DNA of 64,000 nt, taken from Bacteroidia bacterium. GTDB taxonomy: Bacteria > Bacteroidota > Bacteroidia > UBA7662. Position 1 is the first letter of the stretch; every line of letters starts with the position of its first letter. Under the pieces are notes generated by a model. It was not told the origin of the DNA. It saw only the letters and a program-made list of their open reading frames with translations, and did no database searches. This document shows positions 27,249 through 38,514 of the stretch, piece after piece. Location of the stretch: contig JBMTCP010000008.1 in assembly GCA_049431025.1 (NCBI GenBank), forward strand, positions 7,105-71,104, written 5' to 3'. Made by a program: the position numbers and the translations under genes.

Positions 27249-27890
27249 GTGGAGCAGGATTACCGTAATCGTGCGGTTTTGGAGCCGCTTATCAAGCCCC
27301 TAAGGGCTTACATGGGCAAGGAGGCCGCGGAATGGGTTGCGCAGCTTTTGGTGGTGCATGGCGTTGAACTTTTGATTACCAAGGAAAGGAGTTCCAAGTA
27401 TGCCGATTATCGCCCTCCATGGAGGCAAAAAGGCCATGTAATTACCCTTAACGCGAATCTTCGACCGCTCAGCTTCTTGTTGATTTTTTTGCACGAATAC
27501 GCTCACCTTTTGACCTGGGTCGAAAGCGGACCCCGCGTAAAACCTCACGGACCCGAATGGGCATCGGCCTATGCCCGCCTGGTGCACGGAGCTATACGCC
27601 GAGGGTTTTTTCCGGAGGCCATGCATGCCCCTCTTCGTCGTGCTATGCGACAACCTCAGGTATCGGGCTGCGCTCAACCTGAACTTATGGAATGGCTACG
27701 ACAGTTTGAAGGAACGGAAGCCGGATGGGTGCCCCTCGAAAAACTTCAACCCGGGGCTCGTTTTGAAACCAAGGCCGGCATGCTTTTCGAAAAAGGCCCC
27801 AAGGGCCGAACCCGTTATCGTTGTCGACGGCTACCAGGAGGCGCGCTTTATGTTATTCACCAAAGTTTATTGGTTCGACCGGTTGAATAA
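27249..27890 (+). CDS. SprT-like zinc metallopeptidase domain protein
   Basis: HExxH context FLHEYAHLLTW and SprT-like spacing; 213 aa. Confidence 0.55.
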   Translation: MEQDYRNRAVLEPLIKPLRAYMGKEAAEWVAQLLVVHGVELLITKERSSKYADYRPPWRQKGHVITLNANLRPLSFLLIFLHEYAHLLTWVESGPRVKPHGPEWASAYARLVHGAIRRGFFPEAMHAPLRRAMRQPQVSGCAQPELMEWLRQFEGTEAGWVPLEKLQPGARFETKAGMLFEKGPKGRTRYRCRRLPGGALYVIHQSLLVRPVE

Positions 27891-30455
27891 TCAACGAAGG
27901 CCGTCCCGGTTTTCGTTGGCCAAAGCGCGAATACGTTGCGAAGGGTGGTTTTTGAGTATATCGTAATACGCTTGACCCCGCTCTCGTTGGTTGAGCCGCA
28001 AAAGGGCACGGTTATAATCCTTGAGCCAGTTGGGGTATTGACGCAAGGAACGAGAATCGCGCAATTGCATCAAACATTTTTCCATAAAATCAAGGTCTTT
28101 TTCGCGACCGTAAACCGCATAAAAACCAAAGAGATTACCGACCATGCTGTTTTCGTTTTGCAAATCATCGGCAATTTTGAAAGCCAGCTCCGGGTTGGAT
28201 TTGGCGATAGGGCGCAATGCGGCCGCAGTTACCAGCAAGGAGGAATCCGTGGCTATACGCTGTTCCAACCAATTTGCGGGAAGGGCTTTGCCGGAGTCCG
28301 CGGTTTCGACAAGCTTAATCAAAGCCCGTTGACGGACCTGGGAACGGATGTCTTTTTCGGCCGTTCTCATCAACAACCCGTACAAAAGCGCGTCTTGTTT
28401 TAGCAAAGAAGCCGGTAACGCATCGGCCACCAAACCTCGGATAACGGGTGATGGATCGCGAAAAGCTCTGGCGATTAAATCCTGGTAGGTGACGGCTTCG
28501 GTTATCCGGGCCGGGTCGTTCCATGCCCCCCAAAAGCGCTTTGGGTTTTGGAACAAGGCCTCCAAAGCCCGTTTGCGGTCGTAATAAAAGGGCGAACCCT
28601 TGAACTGAAAAACAAACTCTTCGAAGGTGCGACCGTCGTTGTATTCGCATAACAATATTCGACCCAAGTTGTGGCCGGTCCACACAGGCACAGGAAAATC
28701 AAAACGGAATTCCTGGAATTCCTGGTTGAGAACCACGGTTCTCGCCACCGATGAATCAAAGAAATAGAATTCCAATTGAACGGGTAATTCGAAAACTTGA
28801 CCGGGTATAGCGCTATGTTTTTGGCGGAACTCAAAAACACATTGTCGACTAAGGCTATCGTAGCGGTATTTCATGTCCACCACCGGATGCCCCTTGGACA
28901 AAAACCACTGGTTAAAGAAAACCTGCAAATCCCTACCGGTTACTTCTTCGCAAATAAGTCTAAAATCATGAATTTCAGCGGATTTAAATGAAAAACGACT
29001 TAGATACAAACGAATCGATTCAAAGAATGCCCGGTCACCGATGAGGTTTCGTAACATATGAAGAACACGAGCACCTTTGGCGTAACTGTGCCGGTCAAAC
29101 ATGTCTTCGTTGTTTTCGTAGTAATACCGGATAAGGTCCACCTGCTTGCGCTTGGATTCCGCTAAATAATCCCTCATATTCCCTTCGAGGGCGGCATCCG
29201 CCTCCTCGGGACCGTAGGCGTGTTCGTACCAAAGCGGCGTTCCGTAGGTGGCAAAAGACTCGTTGAGGCTCAGGTTGCTCCAGCTTTCGCAGGTAACCAA
29301 ATCCCCAAACCAGTGGTGAAACATTTCATGGGCAACGGTTCCCTCTGCCGAACCGTCCACCAATTCGCGGTTCGAGCGCTGCGCCCATTGCCCAAACACC
29401 ACCGCACCGGTATTCTCCATGGCGCCGGAAACAAAATCCCGGACGGCGATTTGGTGGTACGAGGACCAAGGGTAATCCACGCCCAGCTTTTGGGAGTAAT
29501 ACGTAAGCATATCCTTGGTTCGGTGGAAGATGCGTTCTGCTTGCGGGGCATAGCGCGGTTCAACATAGTAGTGTACGGGGATATTCCGCCACCGGTCTTT
29601 CACCACCGAAAAACGACCCGCAGCAATCATGGCCAAATAAGGCGCATGCGGCAAACGATGTTCCCAAACATCGGTGCGGGTTCCGTCGGGATTTTGTTTC
29701 GAAGAAGTCATTAATCCATTCGAAAGGGTAACCATGGAACTGTCCACGGTGATGGCGAAGACCTGGGTTGTTTTTTGGTTGGGGGCGTCTATGGTGGGAA
29801 ACCAGCAGGAATTATGGTCGGTTTCACCCTGGGTCCAAACCTGCATTGGTTTGTCGGGGTCCACCGAATCGGGGCGGATGAAATACAGGCCCTTTTCGCC
29901 CTGGATGGCGGCTGATCCGGGCCCAGCACCCAGGGAATCCGGTGATGCTGTGTATTCCATGTAAATTTCAAATCGCGTTCCGGGTTCCAATTTCCTTGGA
30001 AGGTTTAGGGTAACAACCCGTTGATCGTAGGAATACCGTGGTTCCAAGGATTTTGTGGAGTCCGCGTCCAGGGTGCGAAAACGAAGGCGATGTATGCGAA
30101 AACCCTGAGCATCCAGGTCCACGCTTTGAATGGAGTAGAACCCTACAGCGGCCTCTATCCAGGCTTTACCGCTTAGTTGCGCGGTTTCAAAAAGGGGTTT
30201 TAGGTCGAGCCGGGTATGAATAAGACGAACATCCTTGGGTCTGGACGCCCGGTACACCTTGGTCCAAGTTGCCGCTTTGGAAGAGTCTTGGGGCGGCTGA
30301 ACCCCCGCATTCCCGGTTTGGGCCCGGTTAGGACCGACTTGCGTTTGGTCTGAGACCGACGTTTTTTTCTTGAAAAGGGGCTGGCATGCCATCAGGCTCC
30401 CGGTGAACAGGGACCAAAGGACGAAGCGGGTTAGGGACATTGGAGGTTGAATCAT
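27891..30455 (-). CDS. pepN: aminopeptidase N family (M1) zinc metallopeptidase, lipoprotein
   Basis: GAMENTG exopeptidase motif and HEMFHHWFG...E gluzincin motif. The N-terminus MIQPPMSLTRFVLWSLFTGSLMAC looks like a lipoprotein signal. The C-terminus is helical HEAT-like. Confidence 0.85.
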   Translation of the reverse strand: MIQPPMSLTRFVLWSLFTGSLMACQPLFKKKTSVSDQTQVGPNRAQTGNAGVQPPQDSSKAATWTKVYRASRPKDVRLIHTRLDLKPLFETAQLSGKAWIEAAVGFYSIQSVDLDAQGFRIHRLRFRTLDADSTKSLEPRYSYDQRVVTLNLPRKLEPGTRFEIYMEYTASPDSLGAGPGSAAIQGEKGLYFIRPDSVDPDKPMQVWTQGETDHNSCWFPTIDAPNQKTTQVFAITVDSSMVTLSNGLMTSSKQNPDGTRTDVWEHRLPHAPYLAMIAAGRFSVVKDRWRNIPVHYYVEPRYAPQAERIFHRTKDMLTYYSQKLGVDYPWSSYHQIAVRDFVSGAMENTGAVVFGQWAQRSNRELVDGSAEGTVAHEMFHHWFGDLVTCESWSNLSLNESFATYGTPLWYEHAYGPEEADAALEGNMRDYLAESKRKQVDLIRYYYENNEDMFDRHSYAKGARVLHMLRNLIGDRAFFESIRLYLSRFSFKSAEIHDFRLICEEVTGRDLQVFFNQWFLSKGHPVVDMKYRYDSLSRQCVFEFRQKHSAIPGQVFELPVQLEFYFFDSSVARTVVLNQEFQEFRFDFPVPVWTGHNLGRILLCEYNDGRTFEEFVFQFKGSPFYYDRKRALEALFQNPKRFWGAWNDPARITEAVTYQDLIARAFRDPSPVIRGLVADALPASLLKQDALLYGLLMRTAEKDIRSQVRQRALIKLVETADSGKALPANWLEQRIATDSSLLVTAAALRPIAKSNPELAFKIADDLQNENSMVGNLFGFYAVYGREKDLDFMEKCLMQLRDSRSLRQYPNWLKDYNRALLRLNQRERGQAYYDILKNHPSQRIRALANENRDGLR

Positions 30456-30488
30456 GTTGGCGGGGCTGGCGTTTAATTTCGCAAACTT

Positions 30489-31010
30489 ATGCACCACGAC
30501 AAGTTCTCGAACAAAGCCCGAATCCGTTGGGGCCAAAACACGGTAGAAGTGGCATCGGATGCGATGGGACAAACGTTTGTGGTGGATTCCAGAACCTATG
30601 TTCCCGATATATTGGAAAGGGCTCCCGGCGTATTCCATGTATTGGTTCAGGGAAAATCCCTGCGTTTGCGGCAAATAAGCCGGGACGCCTCGGGGCTTGT
30701 TTTGGAATGCAACGGCCGGCGTTACCGGGTAGATATCAAGACCCGCTTGGAAGAAATGCTCGACCAAATGGGCGCATCCAAGTCAAAGTCAAGGGGTCCC
30801 GCAACGGTACAGGCTCCCATGCCGGGTTTGGTCTTGAGGGTCATGACCGAGGTTGGCGCTTTGGTTCAAAGCGGGGACCCGCTGGTGGTTCTAGAATCCA
30901 TGAAAATGGAAAATACCCTGAGGGCCGCCGGGCCAGGTCAGGTTCTTGAAATCCCCGTTCAGGCCGGGCAGGCTGTGGAAAAAGGCCAACTTTTGGTCAA
31001 ATTTGGTTGA
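30489..31010 (+). CDS. biotin/lipoyl attachment domain protein (biotin carboxyl carrier-like)
   Basis: C-terminal domain with the ESMKMEN biotinylation motif; 173 aa. Confidence 0.65.
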   Translation: MHHDKFSNKARIRWGQNTVEVASDAMGQTFVVDSRTYVPDILERAPGVFHVLVQGKSLRLRQISRDASGLVLECNGRRYRVDIKTRLEEMLDQMGASKSKSRGPATVQAPMPGLVLRVMTEVGALVQSGDPLVVLESMKMENTLRAAGPGQVLEIPVQAGQAVEKGQLLVKFG

Positions 31011-31106
31011 AAACTTTGTATCTTTGCGCTTGCAATGAAAACGGAGGGGGCGAAGGCCCCCTTTTTGTTTTTGGAGCACAACTTTCGCCAAAACGCCCTT
31101 TGGGCC

Positions 31107-31574
31107 ATGCAAACCACCGAAACCTCCCGCTCAACCCTCTTGGCCGACCTCAAGGCCTCCGTTCAAACCCTTTTGGATGGGTATTTTGTTGATCAGCCTT
31201 GGTTTGTAGTTGAAAGCCGTTGGTCACCCGATGCCCGCAAGCTCATGGTCAATGTGGACGGAGATCAAGGCGTTACCATCGAGGTATGCACGGCGCTTAA
31301 CCGCGCTTTGGGGGCCTTGGTGGACGAACACCCTTACGATGCACCGGTGGTGCTGGAGGTAGGATCTCCCGGGGCCGATTCCCCTTTGGGCCTCCCCCGC
31401 CAATACCCTCAGCACCAAGGCCGGCGATTGCAGGTTACGACCGCCCAAGGGGAAGTCCACGAAGGCCTCTTGATCGACGTTGATCAGGAGGGTTTTGGCC
31501 TGGAAACCCCCAAGGAAACCCTGCGTTTTTCGTTTAACCAGGTGCGAACCTCCCGCGTTTTACTTCCGTTTTGA
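31107..31574 (+). CDS. rimP: ribosome maturation factor RimP
   Basis: RimP-like sequence immediately upstream of nusA (conserved rimP-nusA-infB order). The start was taken at the internal Met; the ORF extends to 31035. Confidence 0.75.
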   Translation: MQTTETSRSTLLADLKASVQTLLDGYFVDQPWFVVESRWSPDARKLMVNVDGDQGVTIEVCTALNRALGALVDEHPYDAPVVLEVGSPGADSPLGLPRQYPQHQGRRLQVTTAQGEVHEGLLIDVDQEGFGLETPKETLRFSFNQVRTSRVLLPF

Positions 31575-31610
31575 TTTTTAAACCCCTCAGTTTGTTCAAT
31601 ATCTATTGTT

Positions 31611-32879
31611 ATGCCTGTTAAAGCCAAAACCCAGCCGTTAAACCAAAACCAGGTTTTGATCAGCTCCTTTTCGGAGTTCAAGGAATTCAAAAACATTGAT
31701 CGCGCAACAATGATGCGGATCATGGAAGATGTATTCCGCAGTATGGTCAAACGTAAATTCGGAACCGACGAAAACTTTGATGTTATTCTTAACACCGAGA
31801 AAGGTGATTTGGAAATTTGGAGAAATCGTGAAATCGTAGAAGATGATTCCGAAGAATTGGGACAGCCCGATAAAATTTCTTTGAGCGAGGCCCGAACCAT
31901 TGAGCCAGATTTTGAAGTCGGTGAGGAGGTTTCGGACGAAATTAAATTGGACGATTTTGGTCGCCGTGCGGTGTTAGCGGCCCGTCAAACCCTGGTTCAA
32001 AGGGTTTTGGAGCTGGAAAAAGATAATATTTATAAAAAATACAAGGACCGTGTGGGTGATATTATCACCGGTGAGGTTTACCAAATTTGGAAAAAAGAAA
32101 TGTTGGTTTTGGACGACGAGGGCAACGAATTGATTTTGCCCAAGAACGAACAAATTCCGGCTGATTTTTACAAAAAAGGCGATACCCTCAAGGCGGTGAT
32201 TTTGCGTGTTGAGATGCAGAATATCACTCCCCGCATTATCATTTCACGAACCGATCCGGCTTTCTTGGCCCGTCTTATGGAGATGGAAGTGCCCGAAATT
32301 TTTGATGGACTGATCACCATTCGCAGCATCGTGCGTGAGCCCGGAGAGCGCGCCAAAGTGGCCGTCGAAAGTTACGACGATCGTATTGACCCGGTCGGCG
32401 CTTGCGTTGGGATGAAAGGATCCCGTATTCACGGTATTGTCCGCGAACTTCGCAACGAAAGCATCGATGTTATCAATTTTACCAACAACCTGGAGCTCTT
32501 CATCCAGAGGGCGTTGAGTCCGGCGAGGGTCGTTAGTTTGGAAATCAACAAGGACGCTAACAAAGTCAACGTTTTCTTGAAGCCCGATCAGGTTTCCCTT
32601 GCCATTGGTAAAGGGGGACACAATATTCGTTTGGCTGCTAAACTGACCGGTTACGAAATCGATGTTTTCCGTGATGTTCAGGATGATGACTCCGATGTTG
32701 ATTTGGACGAATTTGCCGATGAAATTGATGGCTGGGTCTTGGATGAACTCAAAGCCTTGGGCTGTGATACCGCCAAGTCGGTAATCAAAATTGGTCTTGA
32801 GGAATTGGTTCGTCGTACCGAACTGGAGGAAGAAACCGCCGCCCAGGTATTGGCTATCTTGCGCTCAGAGTTTGAATAA
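31611..32879 (+). CDS. nusA: transcription termination/antitermination factor NusA
   Basis: N-terminal domain SFSEFKEFKNIDRATMMRIMEDVFR, S1 and KH domains, 422 aa. Confidence 0.9.
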   Translation: MPVKAKTQPLNQNQVLISSFSEFKEFKNIDRATMMRIMEDVFRSMVKRKFGTDENFDVILNTEKGDLEIWRNREIVEDDSEELGQPDKISLSEARTIEPDFEVGEEVSDEIKLDDFGRRAVLAARQTLVQRVLELEKDNIYKKYKDRVGDIITGEVYQIWKKEMLVLDDEGNELILPKNEQIPADFYKKGDTLKAVILRVEMQNITPRIIISRTDPAFLARLMEMEVPEIFDGLITIRSIVREPGERAKVAVESYDDRIDPVGACVGMKGSRIHGIVRELRNESIDVINFTNNLELFIQRALSPARVVSLEINKDANKVNVFLKPDQVSLAIGKGGHNIRLAAKLTGYEIDVFRDVQDDDSDVDLDEFADEIDGWVLDELKALGCDTAKSVIKIGLEELVRRTELEEETAAQVLAILRSEFE

Positions 32880-32913
32880 ATAGTACCCTTACCCCTAAAA
32901 GCCCCAACAAAGA

Positions 32914-35871
32914 ATGTCCGAAGGCACCGTTCGCGTCAAAAAAGCGGCAACCGAGTTCAACATCAGCGTACAGCACCTGGTGGAACATCTTGCCTCCAAA
33001 GGATTTAGCGTTGAATCCAACCCCAACGCCAAAATCTCGGAGGAAATGTACCAGATGCTTTTGCGCGATTTTGGACAGGACAAGAAAATCAAAGAGCAGG
33101 CTTCCCAAATTCATATTGGGAAGTCGGGGAAAGAAGATCTTGTTCTGGACCAAAAAGCGGTTAGCCAATCGCCCAAATCCAGAGCAGACCAAAAAGAAGT
33201 CCTGATCAAGGGCATGAGCCATGCAGTGGCAGCCCCAAGCCCCAAGCCCGCGTCCAAGTCAACGACCAAGACGAGCACCAAAACCACGGTATCGCCAGCT
33301 GAAGAGATTCAATCCGAACCGGCCCCCGTTGTCGGGCCAGAAAACACCGCGCCCGCGGTAGAGGCACAACCGGTTGTTGAAGCCAAAGCCGAAACCGCAC
33401 CCGGGATCAAGGTGGTGGGCAAAATTGATCTGAGCACGACCACCGGCGGAAAAGGCATCAAAAAGTCCCGCAAAAAAGACGAAGTTCCCGCCGCAGAGGG
33501 ATCAGTTTCTGCTGCCGTAGAAGGCACTGCGTCGGAAACAACGACCGTCTCGGCGCCCAATACAGGCTCGACCCCGGTTGAAACTGCGCATACAGACACG
33601 GTTCAGAAACCCGAAACCCCTGTCGAAACACCCCCTGCGGACCAAGTTTCTGCGCCAAAAATGGAGGATGATCTGATTCGGGCCAAAGCCGATCGCCTAC
33701 AAGGCACAACGGTTTTGGGGAAAATCGACGTCACCCAGTTTGAAAAGCGCAAACCTGTTGCTAGTTCTGCAGCCGATCAGGTCGGCAAACGCAAGCGCAA
33801 ACGGGTTGATGGCACAACACCGGGTCCCGGCGCCAGTGCTGACCCCAACCAAAGGCCCAGTGTTAGCGGCGTTGGATCCGTATCGGCACGACCGCCCAGA
33901 GGCCGTACGGGCGAAGTGGCGGGTCGTCGTGGTGCGGGCCCTGCGGGTCCCAAGGCCGAATTGACCGAAAAGGAGATTCAAGACCAAATCAAAGCCACTT
34001 TGGCACGATTGCAAGGTGGTAGAGGAACCAATACCCGTTCCAAGTTCAAGAAGCAAATGCGTCGTTTGGAGGGCGAAGAAAACTCCAGCAACGATAACAA
34101 CAAAGAACTACGTGGTGGTAAAACCAAGCTTCAATTGACCGAATTTATCACGACGGGTGAATTGGCCGGTTTGATGGACGTCGCTGTTGGCGAGGTCATT
34201 ATGAAGTGTTTTGCTTTGGGCATTGTGGTTACCATCAACCAGCGACTCGATGCTGAAACCATTGTCGTTGTTGCGGATGAGTTTGGTTATGATGTCAGCT
34301 TTATTTCAGCAGCGGCGGATGAGCCGCAATTGGAGGAAGCCGACAATCCGGATAATATGCAAGACCGTGCGCCTATTGTTACCATCATGGGACACGTTGA
34401 CCACGGTAAAACCTCGTTGTTGGATTATATCCGTAAAGCGAATGTTATCGCCGGTGAGGCCGGTGGAATTACCCAGCATATCGGGGCTTACGAAGTAACA
34501 CTGCCCAACCAAAAACACATTACCTTCCTGGATACCCCCGGTCACGAAGCTTTTACGGCAATGCGTGCCCGCGGTGCCAAGGTGACGGATATCGTGGTTA
34601 TTGTGATTGCTGCCGATGATCAGGTTATGCCCCAAACCAAAGAGGCCATCAGTCACGCCCAGGCTGCCGGGGTTCCCATGATTTTTGCCATTAACAAAGT
34701 GGATCGCCCCGAAGCGAATCCCGAAAAAATTCGTGAGCAATTATCGGCCATGAACATTTTGGTAGAAAGCTGGGGCGGCAAGTACCAAGACCAAGAAATT
34801 TCGGCCAAAAAAGGTCTGAACGTTGACTTACTCCTCGAAAAAATACTTTTGGAAGCCGAAATTCTCGAGCTCAAGGCCGACCCCGACAAACGTGCGGTGG
34901 GAACGGTTATCGAGGCTTCTTTGGATAAAGGAAGGGGTGTTGTGACGACAGTTTTGATTGAATCGGGGACCCTCCGAACCGGGGACCCAATTTTGGCGGG
35001 TGCCCATTACGGCCGTGTCAAAGTTTTGCAAAACGAACGCGGTCAGAAAATTTCCCAAGTTGGTCCTGCTCAACCGGTTCAAATCCTCGGTTTTGCAACC
35101 GCCCCCACCGCCGGGGAACGATTTTATGTTGCAGATAGTGAATCAGCCGCCCGCGAGATCAGCAATAAACGTCAACAATTGATGCGGGAACAAGGAATGC
35201 GAACCCGCAAACACATTACACTGGACGAAATCGGAAGACGTTTGGCCATTGGTAATTTCAAAGAACTTAACTTGATTGTCAAAGGGGACGTGGATGGATC
35301 GGTGGAGGCTTTGAGCGATTCGCTTCTACAGCTATCGACCAAGCAAATTCAAGTCAACGTGGTACACAAGGGCGTTGGTCAAATCACCGAGTCCGATATC
35401 ATGCTGGCTTCGGCATCGGATGCCATTATTGTCGGCTTCCAGGTACGCCCATTGGCGTCGGTTCGTCGTTTGGCCGAACAAGAAGAGATCGATATTCGGA
35501 CCTATTCCATCATCTACGACGCCATTGATGAAATCAAGAGCGCCATGGAAGGCATGTTGGCCCCAACTTTTGAAGAAAAGGTGGTTGCGAACGTCGAAAT
35601 CCGAGAGGTCTTCAAGATTACCAAGGTGGGAAGCGTTGCGGGATGTATGGTGCTCGACGGCAAAATCAACCGCAACACCAAGGTTAGAATTTTACGGGAT
35701 GGGGTGGTGATTTATACCGGCGAATTGGCATCGCTCAAACGTTTCAAAGAGGACGTCAAAGAGGTGGCTACCGGTTACGAATGCGGCTTGAACATTCACA
35801 ATTTTAACGACATCAAGGTTGGCGACCTGATCGAGGGTTACGAACGTATTGAGGTCAAGGCTAAGTTGTAA
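32914..35871 (+). CDS. infB: translation initiation factor IF-2
   Basis: G domain [12 protein letters not shown] and DTPGHEAF. Low-complexity N-terminal region. 985 aa. Confidence 0.93.
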   Translation: MSEGTVRVKKAATEFNISVQHLVEHLASKGFSVESNPNAKISEEMYQMLLRDFGQDKKIKEQASQIHIGKSGKEDLVLDQKAVSQSPKSRADQKEVLIKGMSHAVAAPSPKPASKSTTKTSTKTTVSPAEEIQSEPAPVVGPENTAPAVEAQPVVEAKAETAPGIKVVGKIDLSTTTGGKGIKKSRKKDEVPAAEGSVSAAVEGTASETTTVSAPNTGSTPVETAHTDTVQKPETPVETPPADQVSAPKMEDDLIRAKADRLQGTTVLGKIDVTQFEKRKPVASSAADQVGKRKRKRVDGTTPGPGASADPNQRPSVSGVGSVSARPPRGRTGEVAGRRGAGPAGPKAELTEKEIQDQIKATLARLQGGRGTNTRSKFKKQMRRLEGEENSSNDNNKELRGGKTKLQLTEFITTGELAGLMDVAVGEVIMKCFALGIVVTINQRLDAETIVVVADEFGYDVSFISAAADEPQLEEADNPDNMQDRAPIVTIMGHVDHGKTSLLDYIRKANVIAGEAGGITQHIGAYEVTLPNQKHITFLDTPGHEAFTAMRARGAKVTDIVVIVIAADDQVMPQTKEAISHAQAAGVPMIFAINKVDRPEANPEKIREQLSAMNILVESWGGKYQDQEISAKKGLNVDLLLEKILLEAEILELKADPDKRAVGTVIEASLDKGRGVVTTVLIESGTLRTGDPILAGAHYGRVKVLQNERGQKISQVGPAQPVQILGFATAPTAGERFYVADSESAAREISNKRQQLMREQGMRTRKHITLDEIGRRLAIGNFKELNLIVKGDVDGSVEALSDSLLQLSTKQIQVNVVHKGVGQITESDIMLASASDAIIVGFQVRPLASVRRLAEQEEIDIRTYSIIYDAIDEIKSAMEGMLAPTFEEKVVANVEIREVFKITKVGSVAGCMVLDGKINRNTKVRILRDGVVIYTGELASLKRFKEDVKEVATGYECGLNIHNFNDIKVGDLIEGYERIEVKAKL

Positions 35872-36458
35872 TGCAGGTACCGGAACCCGTTTTTTGGGTT
35901 GAAACCGGGGCTGCTGTTTTGGGAGTTTGGGGAGTTTGGGATTTAGGTTCCGGTTTGCGTCGCGGGTACATCAGCGGCATGTTGAGCACCATCACCTATG
36001 TATTTCTTTGTGCCTGGAACGGGATTTATGCGGACGCTGTGATTAACGGATGGTATACCGTGATGAGTGTTGTGGGTTGGTTGGCTTGGACCAAACGAAC
36101 AGGAGGAAACCCAAGCAATTTGTTTCAATCCATGACAAGGCAAGGCTTGGTTGGGGGCTTGGTTGGAGGTCTTAGTGCTTTGCTTTTGTTTGGGTATTTG
36201 CTGAGCACTTATACGGACAGCACCGTTGTTTGGTGGGATGCAACAACGTCGGCCTTGGCGATTACCGCGATGGTTTGGATGGCCGCCGGTTATACATGGA
36301 ACTGGCCTTTGTGGATGGTAATTAACCTTTTGTCGGTAGGTCTATACCTCTACAAAGGCATGATTCCTACGGCGTTACAGTACCTTGTTTTTGGCTTTCT
36401 GGCACTGCGGGGTTGGCGGATATGGACCCGAACCATGGACCGCACCTCGGCGCATTAA
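35871..36458 (+). CDS. pnuC: nicotinamide riboside transporter PnuC
   Basis: 195 aa with 6-7 TM helices and Trp-rich PnuC-like motifs (GWYTVMSVVGWLAW, WNWPLWMVINLL). Confidence 0.65.
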   Translation: MQVPEPVFWVETGAAVLGVWGVWDLGSGLRRGYISGMLSTITYVFLCAWNGIYADAVINGWYTVMSVVGWLAWTKRTGGNPSNLFQSMTRQGLVGGLVGGLSALLLFGYLLSTYTDSTVVWWDATTSALAITAMVWMAAGYTWNWPLWMVINLLSVGLYLYKGMIPTALQYLVFGFLALRGWRIWTRTMDRTSAH

Positions 36459-36485
36459 CCCTCTACGTCAGGCCCGTTGCGCCGG

Positions 36486-37367
36486 CTATTTGTTTTTCTG
36501 TAACAAAAGATAAACTGAGGTGGTGAAAAAGTCCCGCAAATAAGGAAGGGATTTTAGTACAGGGATTTGAAGGCGAGTTTTTAAGCCAAACTTGTAGGCA
36601 TAAATGGGGTTAATGAGGTAGTGGGTTTCCCGATGAACAGGCATAAGGGATTGACGGGCAATTCGGTGCATGCGCTGAATGCCTATTCCGCAATCGTAAA
36701 TGGATAACAATTCTTCGCGTGTTTCTGAATTTTGGCCGGTTGCCTTGAGCAAAGCCGCATAGGCTGAACGTGGAAGGAGATGAATCCAGGGAAATTTCTG
36801 GACCCAACCTTCGGCAATTTGTTGATGCCCCCCAAAAGGCATGGTCCATGGCGGCCATCCAATAAAGAGCAACCCGTTGTTCTTGAGGAACTTTTGCATT
36901 TGTTTCAAGGCCTTGGGCTGATCCGGCAAATGTTCAATGACGTCTTTGAGAACAATTAAATCAAAACGCCCCGAAAACTCGGCTTCAATGTCGGGATTGT
37001 AGATATCCTCGGCCCGAAGGTCCATTTGGCCGGTGGAAATATGCTGGGACATCCTTACTCGCCCAAACTCAATTTTGCTCCGGTTCAGGTCAATGCCGGT
37101 ACCTCGGGCCCCGGCCTCCACAAAGGGAAGCAAATTACCCCCTTCACCGCAGCCCAATTCCAAAACCTCCAGGTTCTCCCAACCCTTTCGTGAAGAATCC
37201 AGTGCTTGCAAACCTTCCAAACAAAAGGGCATGATGCTATCGCGGGCATTGCGTGCCAAGAAATCCAGGTAAAATTCGTGGTCGTGATGGAAATCGTATG
37301 GCATAATGTTATGGAATAAAAGCAGGTTACCGAATATCCCAATTAAAGTCCCTTCAGCAAGGACCAA
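36486..37367 (-). CDS. class I SAM-dependent methyltransferase
   Basis: SAM motif LELGCGEGGN, plus FDLIVLKDVIEHL. Confidence 0.65.
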   Translation of the reverse strand: MVLAEGTLIGIFGNLLLFHNIMPYDFHHDHEFYLDFLARNARDSIMPFCLEGLQALDSSRKGWENLEVLELGCGEGGNLLPFVEAGARGTGIDLNRSKIEFGRVRMSQHISTGQMDLRAEDIYNPDIEAEFSGRFDLIVLKDVIEHLPDQPKALKQMQKFLKNNGLLFIGWPPWTMPFGGHQQIAEGWVQKFPWIHLLPRSAYAALLKATGQNSETREELLSIYDCGIGIQRMHRIARQSLMPVHRETHYLINPIYAYKFGLKTRLQIPVLKSLPYLRDFFTTSVYLLLQKNK

Positions 37368-37990
37368 ACCGATTGCCCCAGGAGGTACAGCCCGGATACC
37401 CCGAAAATAAGCCCGGTTCCAAGATGTATTCTTCTCATAATCAAGGGAGTAAGTAGTTTTTTAATACGGTGTGCTGCAAAGGAAATACCCGTTTCGGTGA
37501 TTAAAATACTGAGAATAATTCCTCCAAAAAAGTTCAGACTTTGGTAAAACGAGTAATCCAAAACCTGAGAGGTGTAGGTAATGATGGCTAACCAGGAAAT
37601 CCAATTCGTCGGATTAAAAAAATTTAAACTAAAACCCATTCCCAGGTAAAGCCACGAGGTTTTCCGGCCGGTGCTTTGGTAAGATGCTCTGGATTTACGT
37701 AAGATATTGTTAAGACCCATTCCCAATAACAACAAGCCCCCGATAATTTGAGCCGGGTTACGAAAATTGAGTTCAGCAGGGAGTAGACTTTCAACCCCTG
37801 AAAAAGTGATGAATAACAAAAAAAGGTCCGCGAACACAACGCCCAACGTAATCAAAAAGCCAACCCAACGACCGTTTTCGATGCTGTTTTGGATAATGGA
37901 AAACATGACGGGCCCCAGGCTAACACAAAAGGGTATGCCCACCAAGAGGCCTTCAAGAATGGTTTGGAAGTAAAACCAGCGCTCACCCAT
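37343..37990 (-). CDS. LysE/RhtB family amino-acid exporter
   Basis: 215 aa, six TM helices, LysE-type N-terminal motif (GPVMFSIIQNSIENGRWVG). Confidence 0.65.
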   Translation of the reverse strand: MGERWFYFQTILEGLLVGIPFCVSLGPVMFSIIQNSIENGRWVGFLITLGVVFADLFLLFITFSGVESLLPAELNFRNPAQIIGGLLLLGMGLNNILRKSRASYQSTGRKTSWLYLGMGFSLNFFNPTNWISWLAIITYTSQVLDYSFYQSLNFFGGIILSILITETGISFAAHRIKKLLTPLIMRRIHLGTGLIFGVSGLYLLGQSVWSLLKGL

Positions 37991-38429
37991 GGCGCAGCGA
38001 TTGGAAGAACGAGGTCATTAAGCTTCCGCATTCCTGGTGCAGTAGCCCCATGGACCAGGCCGTTTTGGGATGCAAAAGCGAACCGTGAAGGGTGAAGCCC
38101 CGCTTGGGGTCCGAAGCCCCGGCCACAACCCGCCCGATTTGACTCCAAAACAAGGCCCCGGCGCACATTACGCAGGGTTCAAGGGTGACATAAAGGGTGC
38201 ACTCGTTGAGGTATTTGGAGCTGAGTTGATGGGTGGCTGCGGTGATGGCTTCCATTTCGGCATGAGCCGTGGGGTCGTTGAGTTGCTCACAACGGTTATG
38301 CCCACGTCCGATAATTTTCCCTTCGTGGACGATGACTGCGCCGACCGGAATTTCGCCCATGCGATAGGCCTGCCGTGCCAAGCGTAAGGCTTGTTCCATG
38401 TAATATTCGTCGCCTTCGGGACCGAGCAT
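37983..38429 (-). CDS. tadA: tRNA-specific adenosine deaminase TadA
   Basis: HAEMEAI and LEPCVMCAGAL zinc-binding deaminase motifs; 148 aa. Confidence 0.88.
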   Translation of the reverse strand: MLGPEGDEYYMEQALRLARQAYRMGEIPVGAVIVHEGKIIGRGHNRCEQLNDPTAHAEMEAITAATHQLSSKYLNECTLYVTLEPCVMCAGALFWSQIGRVVAGASDPKRGFTLHGSLLHPKTAWSMGLLHQECGSLMTSFFQSLRHG

Positions 38430-38514
38430 TCTTCAAAGATAGGCTTGAGCACTGCCCTCAGCGAAGCGCTGTAGGGGTGAAAGTTCTATTTTTGTGGGCC
38501 ATACTCCTTAATTT

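Noticed and set aside
36459-36485. Terminator between convergent pnuC and the methyltransferase gene
   Set aside because: The only candidate stem (GCCGGC region) is too short and irregular to call a hairpin, although it is followed by a T-run.
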